From contig CAWBKH010000003.1 in NCBI GenBank assembly GCA_963789335.1, positions 233,757-297,756 on the forward strand: DNA of 64,000 bases, written 5' to 3'. This document shows, one piece after another, positions 1 to 9,652 of the stretch. Source of the stretch: an uncultured Verrucomicrobiae bacterium. GTDB taxonomy: Bacteria; Verrucomicrobiota; Verrucomicrobiia; Limisphaerales; UBA11358. Made by a program: the position numbers and the translations under genes. The notes below the pieces were generated by a model, which was not told the origin of the DNA, did not search any database, and saw nothing but the letters and a program-made list of their open reading frames with translations. How positions within the stretch are numbered: position 1 is the first letter of the stretch; every line of letters begins with the position of its first letter.

Positions 1-2
1 AA

Positions 3-167
3 GAATTTTTGCTCATTTTCATTCCAACCATAACGATCCTATTTTTGTTGCCGGTAATTATTTGCGGTTCATTTCCGCAAAGACTCATTGCGATTCTTCT
101 TTTGATTTGTCCTGCGTGGATCGGGTTTTATGGCTGGATTGTCGTTATTGGCAGATTGTTGAAGTAA
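3..167 (+). CDS. 3' end of a hydrophobic (membrane) protein; 5' part lies outside the window
   Basis: The frame is open from the window edge to TAA at 165-167. The translation (...LLIFIPTITILFLLPVIICGSF...WIGFYGWIVVIGRLLK) is strongly hydrophobic. It is below the 60-aa cutoff of the ORF track and no family call is possible. Confidence 0.25.
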   Translation, partial: EFLLIFIPTITILFLLPVIICGSFPQRLIAILLLICPAWIGFYGWIVVIGRLLK

Positions 168-203
168 ATCCATAATCCATTATGGCCAAGGACTCCAAAT
201 GTC

Positions 204-1049
204 ATGAATCTTTGGCTTGAAATGTTTTTTGCCATTTTATCCGGCCTAGCCGGCCTCACGCTGGGATATTTATCTCAAGGTCTTCCCAAAGGCTGGTGGC
301 TGCTCGGTTACTTCATTCCATTGGCAATCATTTTGATTTACGGCGTCGAAATTCACTTTCCATCGTTGTTGTCATCCGATCACACAGTTTTATGGCTCAC
401 CACTGGCAGGAAAAAATTCTACATGCTCGGTTTTGTGGTCGCGACGGTGCTGGCCACGCCGCTTTCGCGCCTGCCGCGCAAGCGTGACCGTGCGGTAATA
501 GTTTTTTTCATGGCTGCTGCCATTTTTACCGGCTCAGTCTGGCCGTTTCTTGCGCCGATATTCAACAGAAGCCAGCTTGCGCAATTGCATACGCGGATCA
601 ACGCCAACGGCGTATGTCTGCAAAACACCGGATACACTTGCGGACCGGCGGCGGCGGTGACGGCGCTGCAGCGGCTGGATTTGCCGGCGGAAGAAGGACA
701 AATTGCCCTGCTTTCCCAAACCAGTTCATTTACGGGCACGTCTCCCGATTTATTGGTAGAGGCATTGCAACGAAAATATGGGCCGGACGGTTTGATTGTG
801 AACTATCGTTTTTTCAAGAACCTCGACGAATTGCGACAAGCCGGCCTGACGCTCGCGGTGATCAAATTTTCATTCATGGTTGACCATTATGTCACCGTCT
901 TGAAAGTTAGCGATTCCGCCGTTATCGTGGGCGATCCGTTGAACGGCTTGGAAACCATTCCTTGTGACGAATTTCTCAGACAATGGCGGTTTTGCGGGAT
1001 CGTGCTTCAGAGAAAAATTTCAAATCCACCAACCTCCTCTAAGTTATGA
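204..1049 (+). CDS. Membrane-anchored C39-like (papain-fold) cysteine peptidase domain protein
   Basis: 281-aa ORF with about 4 N-terminal hydrophobic segments. The C-terminal half has Cys in GYTCGPAA, then His in VDHYVTV and Asp in GDP, which is the order seen in C39/C39-like peptidase domains. Motif-level call from memory, not searched. Confidence 0.65.
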   Translation: MNLWLEMFFAILSGLAGLTLGYLSQGLPKGWWLLGYFIPLAIILIYGVEIHFPSLLSSDHTVLWLTTGRKKFYMLGFVVATVLATPLSRLPRKRDRAVIVFFMAAAIFTGSVWPFLAPIFNRSQLAQLHTRINANGVCLQNTGYTCGPAAAVTALQRLDLPAEEGQIALLSQTSSFTGTSPDLLVEALQRKYGPDGLIVNYRFFKNLDELRQAGLTLAVIKFSFMVDHYVTVLKVSDSAVIVGDPLNGLETIPCDEFLRQWRFCGIVLQRKISNPPTSSKL

Positions 1050-1801
1050 CCAACCTTGTTGCCGCCGTCACAAACAAACTATTCATCACCGCCGCCTACA
1101 AATATGTGGCGTTTGCAGTCATGCTCACCAATTGCAACCAGTTCGTGCAAGAGACCCATTTGCAGATCGAACAGCCGATTGCACAAACAAACATCATTCT
1201 GTCCCGATGCAGCGTGGCTCCGCCTCGCCTCATGGGTTTAAGTGGCAGCATCGTCACCGGGAAATACTTTTTTGGTTTTGGTCACGGTCATCTCGCCAAT
1301 TTCTGGCAGTGGGAATTTCGATCGGCGTCCTCGTCAGAAGGAATCACACAACAACATGAACAATGGGCGCAAATGACCTCGCAAATCGGGACGAATGAAG
1401 TGCGCCAACTCGCTCTGGATTGGCTCGCAAATCTCGGCGTTAGCGTGGCAACATTGGAGGAGAAATATCCGTGCAAGATTACGCAGAAATTTTTTTATCA
1501 ACATCCGAGCGGCGGTTTGAAACCGCTGGATTCAGCCAAGGTGCCATTGCCGATCTTTGAAATCTCATGGGGTTCAATTCCTCTCCGTGGGCATCCTCAG
1601 TACAGTTTCCCGGCTGTAACCATGACGGTTTTCGGCCCGACGAAAGAACTTATCGAATATCATTTGCTTGATGACTCATTGATGCTCCGCCCAAAACTTG
1701 AGATTAAAGACTTTGAAAAACTCCTCGCCATCACCAATGCCGTGTTTTACCAGTTCGACGACAGCCAACGGAGTAATTTGGTCAGACAATTCGAACCTTA
1801 A
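1046..1801 (+). CDS. Hypothetical protein, translationally coupled to the upstream peptidase gene
   Basis: 251-aa ORF. Its ATG overlaps the upstream stop codon (ATGA at 1046-1049). I recognise no motif. Confidence 0.5.
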   Translation: MTNLVAAVTNKLFITAAYKYVAFAVMLTNCNQFVQETHLQIEQPIAQTNIILSRCSVAPPRLMGLSGSIVTGKYFFGFGHGHLANFWQWEFRSASSSEGITQQHEQWAQMTSQIGTNEVRQLALDWLANLGVSVATLEEKYPCKITQKFFYQHPSGGLKPLDSAKVPLPIFEISWGSIPLRGHPQYSFPAVTMTVFGPTKELIEYHLLDDSLMLRPKLEIKDFEKLLAITNAVFYQFDDSQRSNLVRQFEP

Positions 1802-1983
1802 AACGCATAAGTATGTTTCACCCCCCAATTCGCCGCTGAAGCAATTTAAAAATGTCAAATGTTCAAACGAATTCTGCCTCGCCTCGACCCGGCATGAAAA
1901 TTTCCGCAATCATGAGAAAACACTCCTTCTTGCATAAATGGGTCAGTCCGCAGCATTGACACAAAAATGTAACAACCAATTGC

Positions 1984-2514
1984 ATGGCGACAATGAAGCT
2001 GCCGATCCACCCTCCGCTCGTTCTGATTTTCATGGGCGTCTCCGGCAGCGGCAAGACGACAGTGGCAACGCTGTTTGCGAAAAAAACCGGCGCGACTTTT
2101 TACGAAGGAGATGAATTTCATCCGCCGGAAAACATCGAAAAGATGCGCCGGGGCGTTCCATTGACGGATGGCGACCGGGAGAAATGGCTGCAAACTTTGC
2201 GCAATCTGATCACGCGGTCACTCGAAGAAGGCAAATTTACCGTGATTACCTGTTCTGCCTTGAAGGCGGCTTACCGCGATTTGCTCCAGGGCGACGATTC
2301 GCGCGTTCAATTCGTGTATCTCACCGGGCCGCGTGCGGTCATTGAAGAACGGTTGAAAGCCCGAAGGCGCCATTTCATGCCGCCGTCGTTGTTGGACAGC
2401 CAGTTGGCGGCGCTTGAACCGCCAGCGGACGCCTTGACCTTCAGTTGCGAAGAAACGCCCGACGAAATTGTGACGGCGTTGATTCAGGCCCTGGGAATTG
2501 CCGGGCCGGATTGA
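1984..2514 (+). CDS. gntK: Gluconokinase (GntK/IdnK family)
   Basis: P-loop GVSGSGKTT is followed by FYEGDEFHPPENIEKM and later GDRE.WL, the characteristic gluconate kinase blocks. Size is 176 aa. Confidence 0.85.
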   Translation: MATMKLPIHPPLVLIFMGVSGSGKTTVATLFAKKTGATFYEGDEFHPPENIEKMRRGVPLTDGDREKWLQTLRNLITRSLEEGKFTVITCSALKAAYRDLLQGDDSRVQFVYLTGPRAVIEERLKARRRHFMPPSLLDSQLAALEPPADALTFSCEETPDEIVTALIQALGIAGPD

Positions 2515-3794
2515 ACCTGCCGCGCGGTTTTCGGCAGCAAAAAGGCCAGCGCGGCGGCCACCAACATTGCCACACCGAGTCCGTTGAAGGGAATCGCGAC
2601 GCTGTGATACCGCTCTTCGAGCCAACCGACGATGAACGGCCCGGCAAATCCGCCGGTGTTTCCGATGGCATTCACCAGTCCGATGACCGGTCCCATCACG
2701 TTGCGCGGCAGCGTTTCCGTGGGAATCGCCCAGAACGGCGCCAGGGCGGCAAAGGGTCCGGGGATGGCCAGGCACATGAATGCGTAGGAGAGCCAGAAAT
2801 GTTGCTGCAAGAGCACGCTCGCAATAAGGCTGGTGCCGCTTAACGTATAGACCAGCGCGACGTGCCCGCGCCGTTCCTGGGTTTTGTCGGAATGCCAGGA
2901 ATTGAGCACCATGATGACGGCGGTCACGGCGTAGGGCACCGCGAATAAAAATCCATATTGCAGGGGACTGAATTGTCTGTGCTTCAAACCTTCCGTGAAA
3001 AAGGTCATGCAGCCGTAGGCCTGGGAATTGTGGATGAAATTCATGACGATCATCACAAGAATTTCCCACCTCAGGAATCGTTCCCAGAACGGAACGGGTT
3101 TGACAGGTTCCAGCTCCGCCGCCTCCCGCTCCAAGCTTGTCTCCAAAAATTCCCGTTCCTCCGTTGAAATCCATTTTGCTTCGCGCGGATGATCGCTGAT
3201 GAAGAACCACCAGATCGGAAGCCAGATGAAGGGCAGTACGCCTTCCAGAATGAGCATCGTTTGCCAGCCGTACGCGCCCAGCAGCCAGCCGGTGAATGGG
3301 GCAGACGCCACCACCGCCAACGGCTGGCAGAGGTTCCAAAGCGCATTGGCCCGCGCCCGCTCCCGGCGGGGAAACCAATGTGCCAGCAAAACCACGGTGG
3401 CGGGATAAACGCTGCTCTCGGCCATGCCGAGACAAAACCGCATCACGGCAAACTGACGGAACGTCGTCGCCAGGCCGCAACCCACGGCGCAAGCGCCCCA
3501 GAACATCAGGCAAAGGCTGACCAGTTTTTTCGCGCTCCAGCGGCTGGCCAGATGGCCACCGGAAACTTGCAACAAAACGTAACCCAGAAAAAAAATGCCC
3601 GCCGCTTCGCCCTTCATCCGGTCATCCATCAGCAGATCCCGCATCATGTTGGAAATCTTCGGGTCCAGCGCGAGGGAGATGTTCGTGCGGTCCACGTACG
3701 AGATGGTGTACATGATGAGCGCGACCGGGATGATGCGCAGCCAGCGTTGGTGAACCATGGGCAAATGGTGTTGGAATCGAATTCCAAGCGCCAC
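2484..3794 (-). CDS. MFS transporter (anion/sugar-acid type)
   Basis: 436 aa with about 12 hydrophobic segments and a loop 2-3 motif (GGHLASRWSAKK). It is convergent with gntK and overlaps it by 31 bp. Substrate not determinable. Confidence 0.85.
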   Translation of the reverse strand: MALGIRFQHHLPMVHQRWLRIIPVALIMYTISYVDRTNISLALDPKISNMMRDLLMDDRMKGEAAGIFFLGYVLLQVSGGHLASRWSAKKLVSLCLMFWGACAVGCGLATTFRQFAVMRFCLGMAESSVYPATVVLLAHWFPRRERARANALWNLCQPLAVVASAPFTGWLLGAYGWQTMLILEGVLPFIWLPIWWFFISDHPREAKWISTEEREFLETSLEREAAELEPVKPVPFWERFLRWEILVMIVMNFIHNSQAYGCMTFFTEGLKHRQFSPLQYGFLFAVPYAVTAVIMVLNSWHSDKTQERRGHVALVYTLSGTSLIASVLLQQHFWLSYAFMCLAIPGPFAALAPFWAIPTETLPRNVMGPVIGLVNAIGNTGGFAGPFIVGWLEERYHSVAIPFNGLGVAMLVAAALAFLLPKTARQVQSGPAIPRA

Positions 3795-3891
3795 GAAGAA
3801 TTTTTTTGCGGGACCTGTCTGCGTGGTGGAGGCACCACTTCGGTCACGTCCTCATCAGGACGCGCAAAGACTTTTGGTGTGACGAAGATGA

Positions 3892-3968
3892 TGGCGGGAG
3901 CGGCGGGGCTCGAACCCGTAACCTCTGCCGTGACAGGGCAGCGCTCTAACCAATTGAGCTACGCCCCC
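3892..3968 (-). tRNA. tRNA-Asp (anticodon GUC), CCA encoded
   Basis: Reverse complement reads GGGGGCGTAGCTCAATTGGTTAGAGCGCTGCCCTGTCACGGCAGAGGTTACGGGTTCGAGCCCCGCCGCTCCCGCCA. It folds by hand with a 7-bp acceptor stem (one G-U), a D arm, anticodon stem CTGCC/GGCAG with loop CTGTCAC, T loop TTCGAGC and discriminator G. Confidence 0.9.
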
Positions 3969-4215
3969 GCAATGGGGCTGGTCAGGCTAAAAGATGCTTT
4001 CGGGAGCGTCAAGCGACTTCACAAAAATTCGGGCGGCAGACGCCAAGGAGGTGGGGGTGGGGAACCCCGCTGAAGAAACGTACTGCCACCCGAATGCAAT
4101 AATGTTACGTTTTTGTGAACCTTTGTCAACAAGTTATCGTTCACTGGCGCACTTTTTTGGCGCGCAGGCCGCTTTCGAGGCTTTACCCAGCCAAAGTTTT
4201 CCATAAAGTGCGGAC

Positions 4216-5319
4216 ATGGCCGAGTTGGAACTGGCAAAACTGTTTCAGGGACTGAACCCGGACGAACTGCAAAACCTGCGCCGCATCGCCCAGGATCGGC
4301 GGTTTGCCGCCGGGCAGGAGATTTTTCGCGAAGGAAACCCGGGCGATGGGATCTATGTGATCCAGGAGGGTCTGGTTGAGATTGCTCATCTGGTGGATTT
4401 GAAGGAGCACCGGGTGTTTTCACGGCTTGGTCCCGGTGAGGTTTTCGGAGAAATGGCGGTAATCGAAAACCTCCCGCGTTCGGCCACCGCCATTGCCGCC
4501 AAAGATACGCGGGTTCATTTCGTTCCGCGCGACGAAATGCTCGCGCTGATCAAACATTCACCGGGTCTCGCCTTCAACCTCTTGCAGGAAATCAGCCGGC
4601 GCTTGCGCGATTTCAACCAACTTCATCTGCGCGAAATCATCCAGGCCGAACGCCTGGCTGTGGTTGGCAATTTCGCCCGCTCGATCATCCACGATTTAAA
4701 AAATCCGCTGACCGTTATCAGTCTGGCGGTTGAATTGTTGGGCCAGTCCCTAACGACTCCGGAACAACGCGACCGGTCGCTCGAACACATCCGCAGGCAA
4801 GCCCAACACATCAGTGAAATGATCGGCGACATCCTTGAATTCACGCAAAGCGCCTCCGCCGAAACCGTTTTCGCTTCCGCTGAATTCCGCCAATTCGTCA
4901 ACGGACTATTGCCCGAACTGGTTGCCGATGCCGCGGTCAAAGCCGTGTCCATCGAACTGCGAAACGAGCCTCCCGCCGTCCAGCTCCTGCTGGATGTCCG
5001 CCGCGTGCGCCGGGTCTTTTTCAATTTGCTCCACAACGCCATGGACGTGATGCCCGACGGCGGTAAAATCTTTCTGCGTTTTCAGCTCGATGAAAAAGAA
5101 GTCGTCACCGAGGTGGAAGATACTGGTCCGGGTGTGGCGTCTGAAGTCGCCGACCGGCTTTTTCAACCGTTCACCACGCATGGCAAAACTCACGGCACCG
5201 GGTTGGGCCTTTGCATTTGCAAAAAAATTGTTGAAGACCACGGCGGTCGGATTTGGATGCGCCACGAGTCGGGACACGGCGCCATTTTTTCCTTCGCACT
5301 GCCGATTCGGGAAGCGTGA
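4216..5319 (+). CDS. Sensor histidine kinase with N-terminal cyclic-nucleotide-binding domain
   Basis: cNMP-binding block (FGEMAVIENLPRSATAIA), H-box (SIIHDLKNPLT), and ATPase N/G boxes (LLHNAMDV, DTGPGV, GTGLGL). Confidence 0.85.
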   Translation: MAELELAKLFQGLNPDELQNLRRIAQDRRFAAGQEIFREGNPGDGIYVIQEGLVEIAHLVDLKEHRVFSRLGPGEVFGEMAVIENLPRSATAIAAKDTRVHFVPRDEMLALIKHSPGLAFNLLQEISRRLRDFNQLHLREIIQAERLAVVGNFARSIIHDLKNPLTVISLAVELLGQSLTTPEQRDRSLEHIRRQAQHISEMIGDILEFTQSASAETVFASAEFRQFVNGLLPELVADAAVKAVSIELRNEPPAVQLLLDVRRVRRVFFNLLHNAMDVMPDGGKIFLRFQLDEKEVVTEVEDTGPGVASEVADRLFQPFTTHGKTHGTGLGLCICKKIVEDHGGRIWMRHESGHGAIFSFALPIREA

Positions 5320-5321
5320 TT

Positions 5322-5400
5322 CGCGGAACGTGAAGTGAAAACCTATTTCAGTTGAGCGCGCGCTTTACAAATCACCTTTCACGTTTCACGCTTCACTTCG
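5322..5400. repeat. Intergenic stutter-arm hairpin (GTGAA-type arms)
   Basis: Left arm is CGCGGAACGTGAAGTGAAAA and right arm is TTTCACGTTTCACGCTTCACTTCG. The complementarity is imperfect. It lies between the kinase stop (5319) and the mutL start (5402). Confidence 0.5.
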
Positions 5401-5401
5401 C

Positions 5402-7420
5402 ATGAATCGCATTCGCCTGCTGCCCGACCACGTTGCCAACCAAATCGCCGCCGGCGAAGTGGTCGAGCGCCCCGCCAGCGTCGTGAAGGAGCTGGTGGAA
5501 AATGCGCTCGACGCACAGGCGGCGCGAGTCACGGTTGAGATTCAAGCTGGCGGACGCAGCCTCGTGCGCGTGACCGACGACGGCGCGGGGATGAGCCGGG
5601 ACGACGCGCTCCTCTGCCTCGAACGCCACGCCACGAGCAAAATCCAGCGCGCCGAGGATTTGGCGGCCATCACCACGATGGGTTTTCGTGGTGAAGCTTT
5701 GCCCAGCATTGCCAGCGTCAGCCGGTTCACCTTGACGACGCACGAGCGCGATGGGAATTCCCCCGAAGGCACGCAGATTATTGTCAGCGGCGGAAAAATT
5801 GCGGAAGTGAAAGCCGCCGGCGCGCCGCCCGGCACGAGCGTGGAAGTCCGGCAGCTTTTTTTTAATCTGCCAGCGCGCCGGAAATTTTTGCGCACGGAAG
5901 AAACCGAGGCGGCGCACATCCAGCATTACCTCACATTGGCCGCGCTGGCGCATCCTGAAGTCGCGTTCACATTCCAAAAAGAAGGCCGCCTCGTCTGGCA
6001 ACTGCCTGCCTTGAAATCTGCCACGGTGGTTTCCAGCCGCCTGGAAGCTTTGCGCGAACGTTTCCGCGCCCTGCTCGGCGACGAAAAGCTATTGTCAGTC
6101 AATTTCTCCGCGTCCTTGGCCGAGGATTTCAAGCCGGAGGCAGCCGATATTTTTGAAACCACTTCTCCAGAAAATCCCCAGACGCCAGAAGCCAAATCCA
6201 AGCTCGGGGTTTGGGGTTTGATTGGTGCGCCCGGAGTTTCGCGGGCCACACGCGACAATCAGTTCATTTTTGTCAACCGCCGGCCAATTGAAAACCGCGG
6301 ACTCAACTACGCGCTCATGGAAGGTTATCACACCTCGTTGATGAAGGGCCGCTACCCGGTCTGCTGCCTGTTTCTGGAAATTGATCCGGCGGCAGTGGAT
6401 GTGAACATTCATCCGGCCAAGCGCGAAGTGAAATTTCATCGTGAGCCGGAAATCCGGAAACTGGTCGCTCAAGCGGTCAGGGAAACATTGCTGGCGTTCC
6501 ATGCCGAACCGGAGAAGCCTAAAACAAATTTCAACGCGGAGACGCAAAGACGTGGAGAAAGCCGGGTTGATACAACCGGAGAATCGCTCGAAACAAAATC
6601 CAAGCCGGGGTTTTCCGCGCCAGCCTTGCCAAACTTTCCCGAAAGGCTGAAGCCGTCGCCGTCGGTTGGATCAGAAATTCCGGTTCAACCGACACCTTTG
6701 AAAATGGGCTTCGCGCCGGGATCGTCTCCAACAACAGCACCAGCCGAGTCCGGATCGCACGCTCCATCCTCGCCGGAAGTCGGAACCCCATCTGCCATCT
6801 CCCAACTCCCATCTTCTGCGGCCACGCCGCTGCTTAACGTTCCACTCCGGCTCGTCGGCGTCATCGGCAAACTTTACGTCGTGCTGGAATCCGACCGCGG
6901 GCTTGTGTTGCTCGATCAGCATGCGGCGCACGAGCGGATCTTGTTTGAGCAAATGATGAACCGCATCGAACAGAACGTATCCGCGCCGTCGCAAAAACTG
7001 CTCCTGCCGGAAACCATCGAACTGCCCCCGCGCGACGCCCAGTTTTTGCGCGAACAACTGACCGCGCTAACCCGGCTCGGTGTCGGCTTGAGCGAATTTG
7101 GCGAGCGGACGTTTCTGCTCGACGCGTTGCCGCCGTTCGTGAAGGCCGCCGACCCGCGCCGGTTCGTGTTCGACCTCGTGGACGAATTGCGCGCCGCCGG
7201 GCGCGAGGTGAATTTGGCGCGGCTTGGCGAGCACACCGTGGCCAAGACCGTCTGCCGCCACGCGGTGAAGGCCAACGACCCGCTGGCCGGACCGGAACTG
7301 AAAAATCTCGTCGAGGATTTGCGCCACTGTGCAATGCCCTACACCTGCCCGCATGGCCGTCCGACACTGATTGAAATGAACTACCGCGAGCTGGAGAAAA
7401 AGTTTGGGCGCACACAATGA
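5402..7420 (+). CDS. mutL: DNA mismatch repair protein MutL (endonuclease-type)
   Basis: GHKL ATPase N-terminus (IAAGEVVERPASVVKELVENALDA, DDGAGM), a Pro/Ser-rich linker, and a C-terminal domain with DQHAAHERILFE (the DQHAxxExxxxE endonuclease motif). Confidence 0.95.
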   Translation: MNRIRLLPDHVANQIAAGEVVERPASVVKELVENALDAQAARVTVEIQAGGRSLVRVTDDGAGMSRDDALLCLERHATSKIQRAEDLAAITTMGFRGEALPSIASVSRFTLTTHERDGNSPEGTQIIVSGGKIAEVKAAGAPPGTSVEVRQLFFNLPARRKFLRTEETEAAHIQHYLTLAALAHPEVAFTFQKEGRLVWQLPALKSATVVSSRLEALRERFRALLGDEKLLSVNFSASLAEDFKPEAADIFETTSPENPQTPEAKSKLGVWGLIGAPGVSRATRDNQFIFVNRRPIENRGLNYALMEGYHTSLMKGRYPVCCLFLEIDPAAVDVNIHPAKREVKFHREPEIRKLVAQAVRETLLAFHAEPEKPKTNFNAETQRRGESRVDTTGESLETKSKPGFSAPALPNFPERLKPSPSVGSEIPVQPTPLKMGFAPGSSPTTAPAESGSHAPSSPEVGTPSAISQLPSSAATPLLNVPLRLVGVIGKLYVVLESDRGLVLLDQHAAHERILFEQMMNRIEQNVSAPSQKLLLPETIELPPRDAQFLREQLTALTRLGVGLSEFGERTFLLDALPPFVKAADPRRFVFDLVDELRAAGREVNLARLGEHTVAKTVCRHAVKANDPLAGPELKNLVEDLRHCAMPYTCPHGRPTLIEMNYRELEKKFGRTQ

Positions 7421-7433
7421 CGCGCTTTGTTTC

Positions 7434-7634
7434 ATGCCGAAACCAAGACGAAAGAGTATAAAAAATAGAGTTAAAAGGACTATTTGTGCCGCGCCGTCGG
7501 ACAAAAATATTTCCGGCGAGCACTGGCGGTTTTGTCCGCAGTGCGGGCATGAGTTGATCAACGAGAAATGCAAGCTGCGTTGTCCGCGCTGCCACTATTT
7601 CATGAGCTGTTCAGATTTCGATTTCGCAGGGTGA
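7434..7634 (+). CDS. Small zinc-ribbon protein (putative)
   Basis: The ATG at 7434 lies within ORF 7404..7634. There are two CxxC pairs (CPQCG, CPRCH). Function unknown and the call is weak. Confidence 0.35.
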   Translation: MPKPRRKSIKNRVKRTICAAPSDKNISGEHWRFCPQCGHELINEKCKLRCPRCHYFMSCSDFDFAG

Positions 7635-7635
7635 A

Positions 7636-7711
7636 GACGCGAATTGCGCGAATTAACGCTAATTCTTGAAAAACGGATTTCCCATTCGTGAAAATTCGTG
7701 AAATTCGCGTC
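7636..7711. repeat. Intergenic stutter-arm hairpin (CGAATT-type arms)
   Basis: GACGCGAATT (7636-7645) pairs perfectly with AATTCGCGTC (7702-7711). The inner arm units GCGCGAATT/AACGCTAATTC versus CATTCGTGA/AAATTCGTGA pair partially. Confidence 0.6.
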
Positions 7712-7761
7712 AAAGAAAAATTTTCTTCGTGTTCATCAGCTTTATTCGTGGTTAAATTTCC

Positions 7762-8349
7762 ATGTTCATGAACGATTGGAACATTCAATCCCGCGCGGCA
7801 GCGTGCGCGGCATGCGGCAAACCGTTTGCCGACCGCGAGACGTTTCATACACTGCTCTTCGATGAACGGTCGGAGTTTTTGCGCCGGTCGGACGTTTGCG
7901 AGGCGTGCTGGCAAAACCAGTTCAGCGACGGCGCGCGCGAACGCAAAGGTTTCATTTCCCACTGGCAAAGTGGTTACGAGGCGCCCGCGCCGGCGGTTGA
8001 CGCGATTCAGAAGGACACCGCCGAAACGCTGCTGCGGAAGCTCATCGAGCAAAACGATCCGCGCTACGCTCCCGCCGGTTACATTCTCGCCGTGATGCTC
8101 GAACGCAAGCGCGTGCTCAAGGTGAAGGAAGATGTCGTCCGCGACGGCAAACGGGTGTTCATCTATGAACAGCCCAAGACCGGCGACGTGTTTACCATCG
8201 CCGACCCGGCCTTGCGGCTGGATCAATTGGAAGAAGTTCAGCGCGATGTGGCCGCGTTGCTCGAACATGGGTTGAATCCGCCGGCACCGCAATCCGCTGG
8301 CGAAACTCCCGCGCCCGCGCCGGAAAATCAGCCGATTGTTCAAAATTGA
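7762..8349 (+). CDS. Conserved hypothetical protein with Cys-pair motifs
   Basis: 195-aa ORF with coding-like composition. Motifs CAACGKPF...CEACW. No family recognised. Confidence 0.55.
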   Translation: MFMNDWNIQSRAAACAACGKPFADRETFHTLLFDERSEFLRRSDVCEACWQNQFSDGARERKGFISHWQSGYEAPAPAVDAIQKDTAETLLRKLIEQNDPRYAPAGYILAVMLERKRVLKVKEDVVRDGKRVFIYEQPKTGDVFTIADPALRLDQLEEVQRDVAALLEHGLNPPAPQSAGETPAPAPENQPIVQN

Positions 8350-8350
8350 A

Positions 8351-8443
8351 AACATCGAACCTCCAACATCGAACATCGAACAACGAGTGGCTTGGCGGCA
8401 GGAAACCCCGGCGTTCAGAGTTCGATGTTGGAGGTTCAATGTT
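8351..8443. repeat. Intergenic stutter-arm hairpin, CAACAT(C/T)(G/C)AAC family
   Basis: AACATCGAACCTCCAACATCGAAC (8351-8374) pairs with GTTCGATGTTGGAGGTTCAATGTT (8420-8443), 23 of 24 positions with one G-T. It lies between the stop at 8349 and the rnc start at 8457. Confidence 0.8.
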
Positions 8444-8456
8444 CCAGAAATAATTC

Positions 8457-9146
8457 ATGCCGAACCTCGCCGAACTTCAAAGCCGTCTCGGCTACCCGTT
8501 TCGCGACGAAAACCTGTTGCGACTGGCGTTGACGCATCCGTCGGTGGCGCATGAAGGCGGCGTGCCGGTGCCGCACAATCAGCGGCTGGAATTTCTCGGC
8601 GACGCGGTGCTGCAACTCGTTTTGACGCACGAATTGTATGAAAAATTCCCGGCGTTTGATGAAGGTCCGCTGACCAAGGCGCGCGCCAAGCTGGTCAACC
8701 GCCGCACGCTGGCCGAGCACGCCCGCGAACTCGATGTCGGCGCCCACTTGGTGCTCAGCCGCGGCGAGGAGACCAGTGGCGGACGGGAACGCGCCTCCGC
8801 GCTGGCGGATGCCTTTGAAGCCTTGCTCGGCGCGATTTTTCTGGATGGCGGTTTTGGCGCGGCGCGGGGATTTATCTTGCGCGAATTCAGCGCGGCATTC
8901 GGCAAGTTGAATGTTCCGCCGACCATTGAAAATCCGAAGGGTGAATTGCAGGAATTGTTGCAGGCGCGCTCGCCCGAAGCGCCGGAATATCACCTCGTCT
9001 CCGCCACCGGACCGGATCACGACCGCGTATTTGAATGCATCGTGCAGCACGGAGGCGTCGAACTAGCGCGCGGCCGGGGCAAAAGCAAAAAGGCCGCCGA
9101 GAGCGAAGCGGCCCATGCGGCATTGAAAAAATTGCGGGAACCGTAG
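8457..9146 (+). CDS. rnc: Ribonuclease III
   Basis: RNase III signature NQRLEFLGDAVL plus a C-terminal dsRNA-binding domain (GKSKKAAESEAA). Confidence 0.92.
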   Translation: MPNLAELQSRLGYPFRDENLLRLALTHPSVAHEGGVPVPHNQRLEFLGDAVLQLVLTHELYEKFPAFDEGPLTKARAKLVNRRTLAEHARELDVGAHLVLSRGEETSGGRERASALADAFEALLGAIFLDGGFGAARGFILREFSAAFGKLNVPPTIENPKGELQELLQARSPEAPEYHLVSATGPDHDRVFECIVQHGGVELARGRGKSKKAAESEAAHAALKKLREP

Positions 9147-9165
9147 GACAGGAATCGCACCTGTC

Positions 9166-9648
9166 TTACTTTCCTTCGTCGAGAAAAGTCAGCTTCATGC
9201 CGCCTTCCCTGGGTTTGGAAAAACTGTCGAGCAGCGTTGGGGCGCTGGCGGGGACGGCGGGTTTAGTTTCTGCGTTTTGCGGTTCGAGCGCCGAACGCAG
9301 CGCGCCTTCCACAAGTTGGGCGCAATGAATTTTCATCGGCGGCAGCGGGCCGAGTTCGCCGGCCAATTCCTCGGTCTTGAGCTCCAGCGCCTCTTCGGCG
9401 GTTTTGCCACGAATCAATTCCGTCGCCAGGCTGGCAACAGCGATGGCCGTTTCACAGCCGAACGATTGAAACGTGGCGCGATCAATCACCTTCTTGCCGT
9501 TCTGCTCCTTGAACTTCACCCATAGCCGCAGCATCTCACCGCAATCGGCATTGCCCACCGTGCCGACGGCATCGGCGCCGGTCAATTCGCCCATGTTTTG
9601 CGGATTGGCGAGCGCGGCCTGAATTCGTTTTTGCAAATCGTCGTTCAT
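9166..9648 (-). CDS. IscU/NifU-N-like Fe-S cluster scaffold protein
   Basis: Scaffold Cys motifs (NADCGEML, FGCETAIA) with a C-terminal extension. I chose the internal ATG at 9648; the ORF track starts at 9678. Confidence 0.8.
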   Translation of the reverse strand: MNDDLQKRIQAALANPQNMGELTGADAVGTVGNADCGEMLRLWVKFKEQNGKKVIDRATFQSFGCETAIAVASLATELIRGKTAEEALELKTEELAGELGPLPPMKIHCAQLVEGALRSALEPQNAETKPAVPASAPTLLDSFSKPREGGMKLTFLDEGK

Positions 9649-9652
9649 GATT

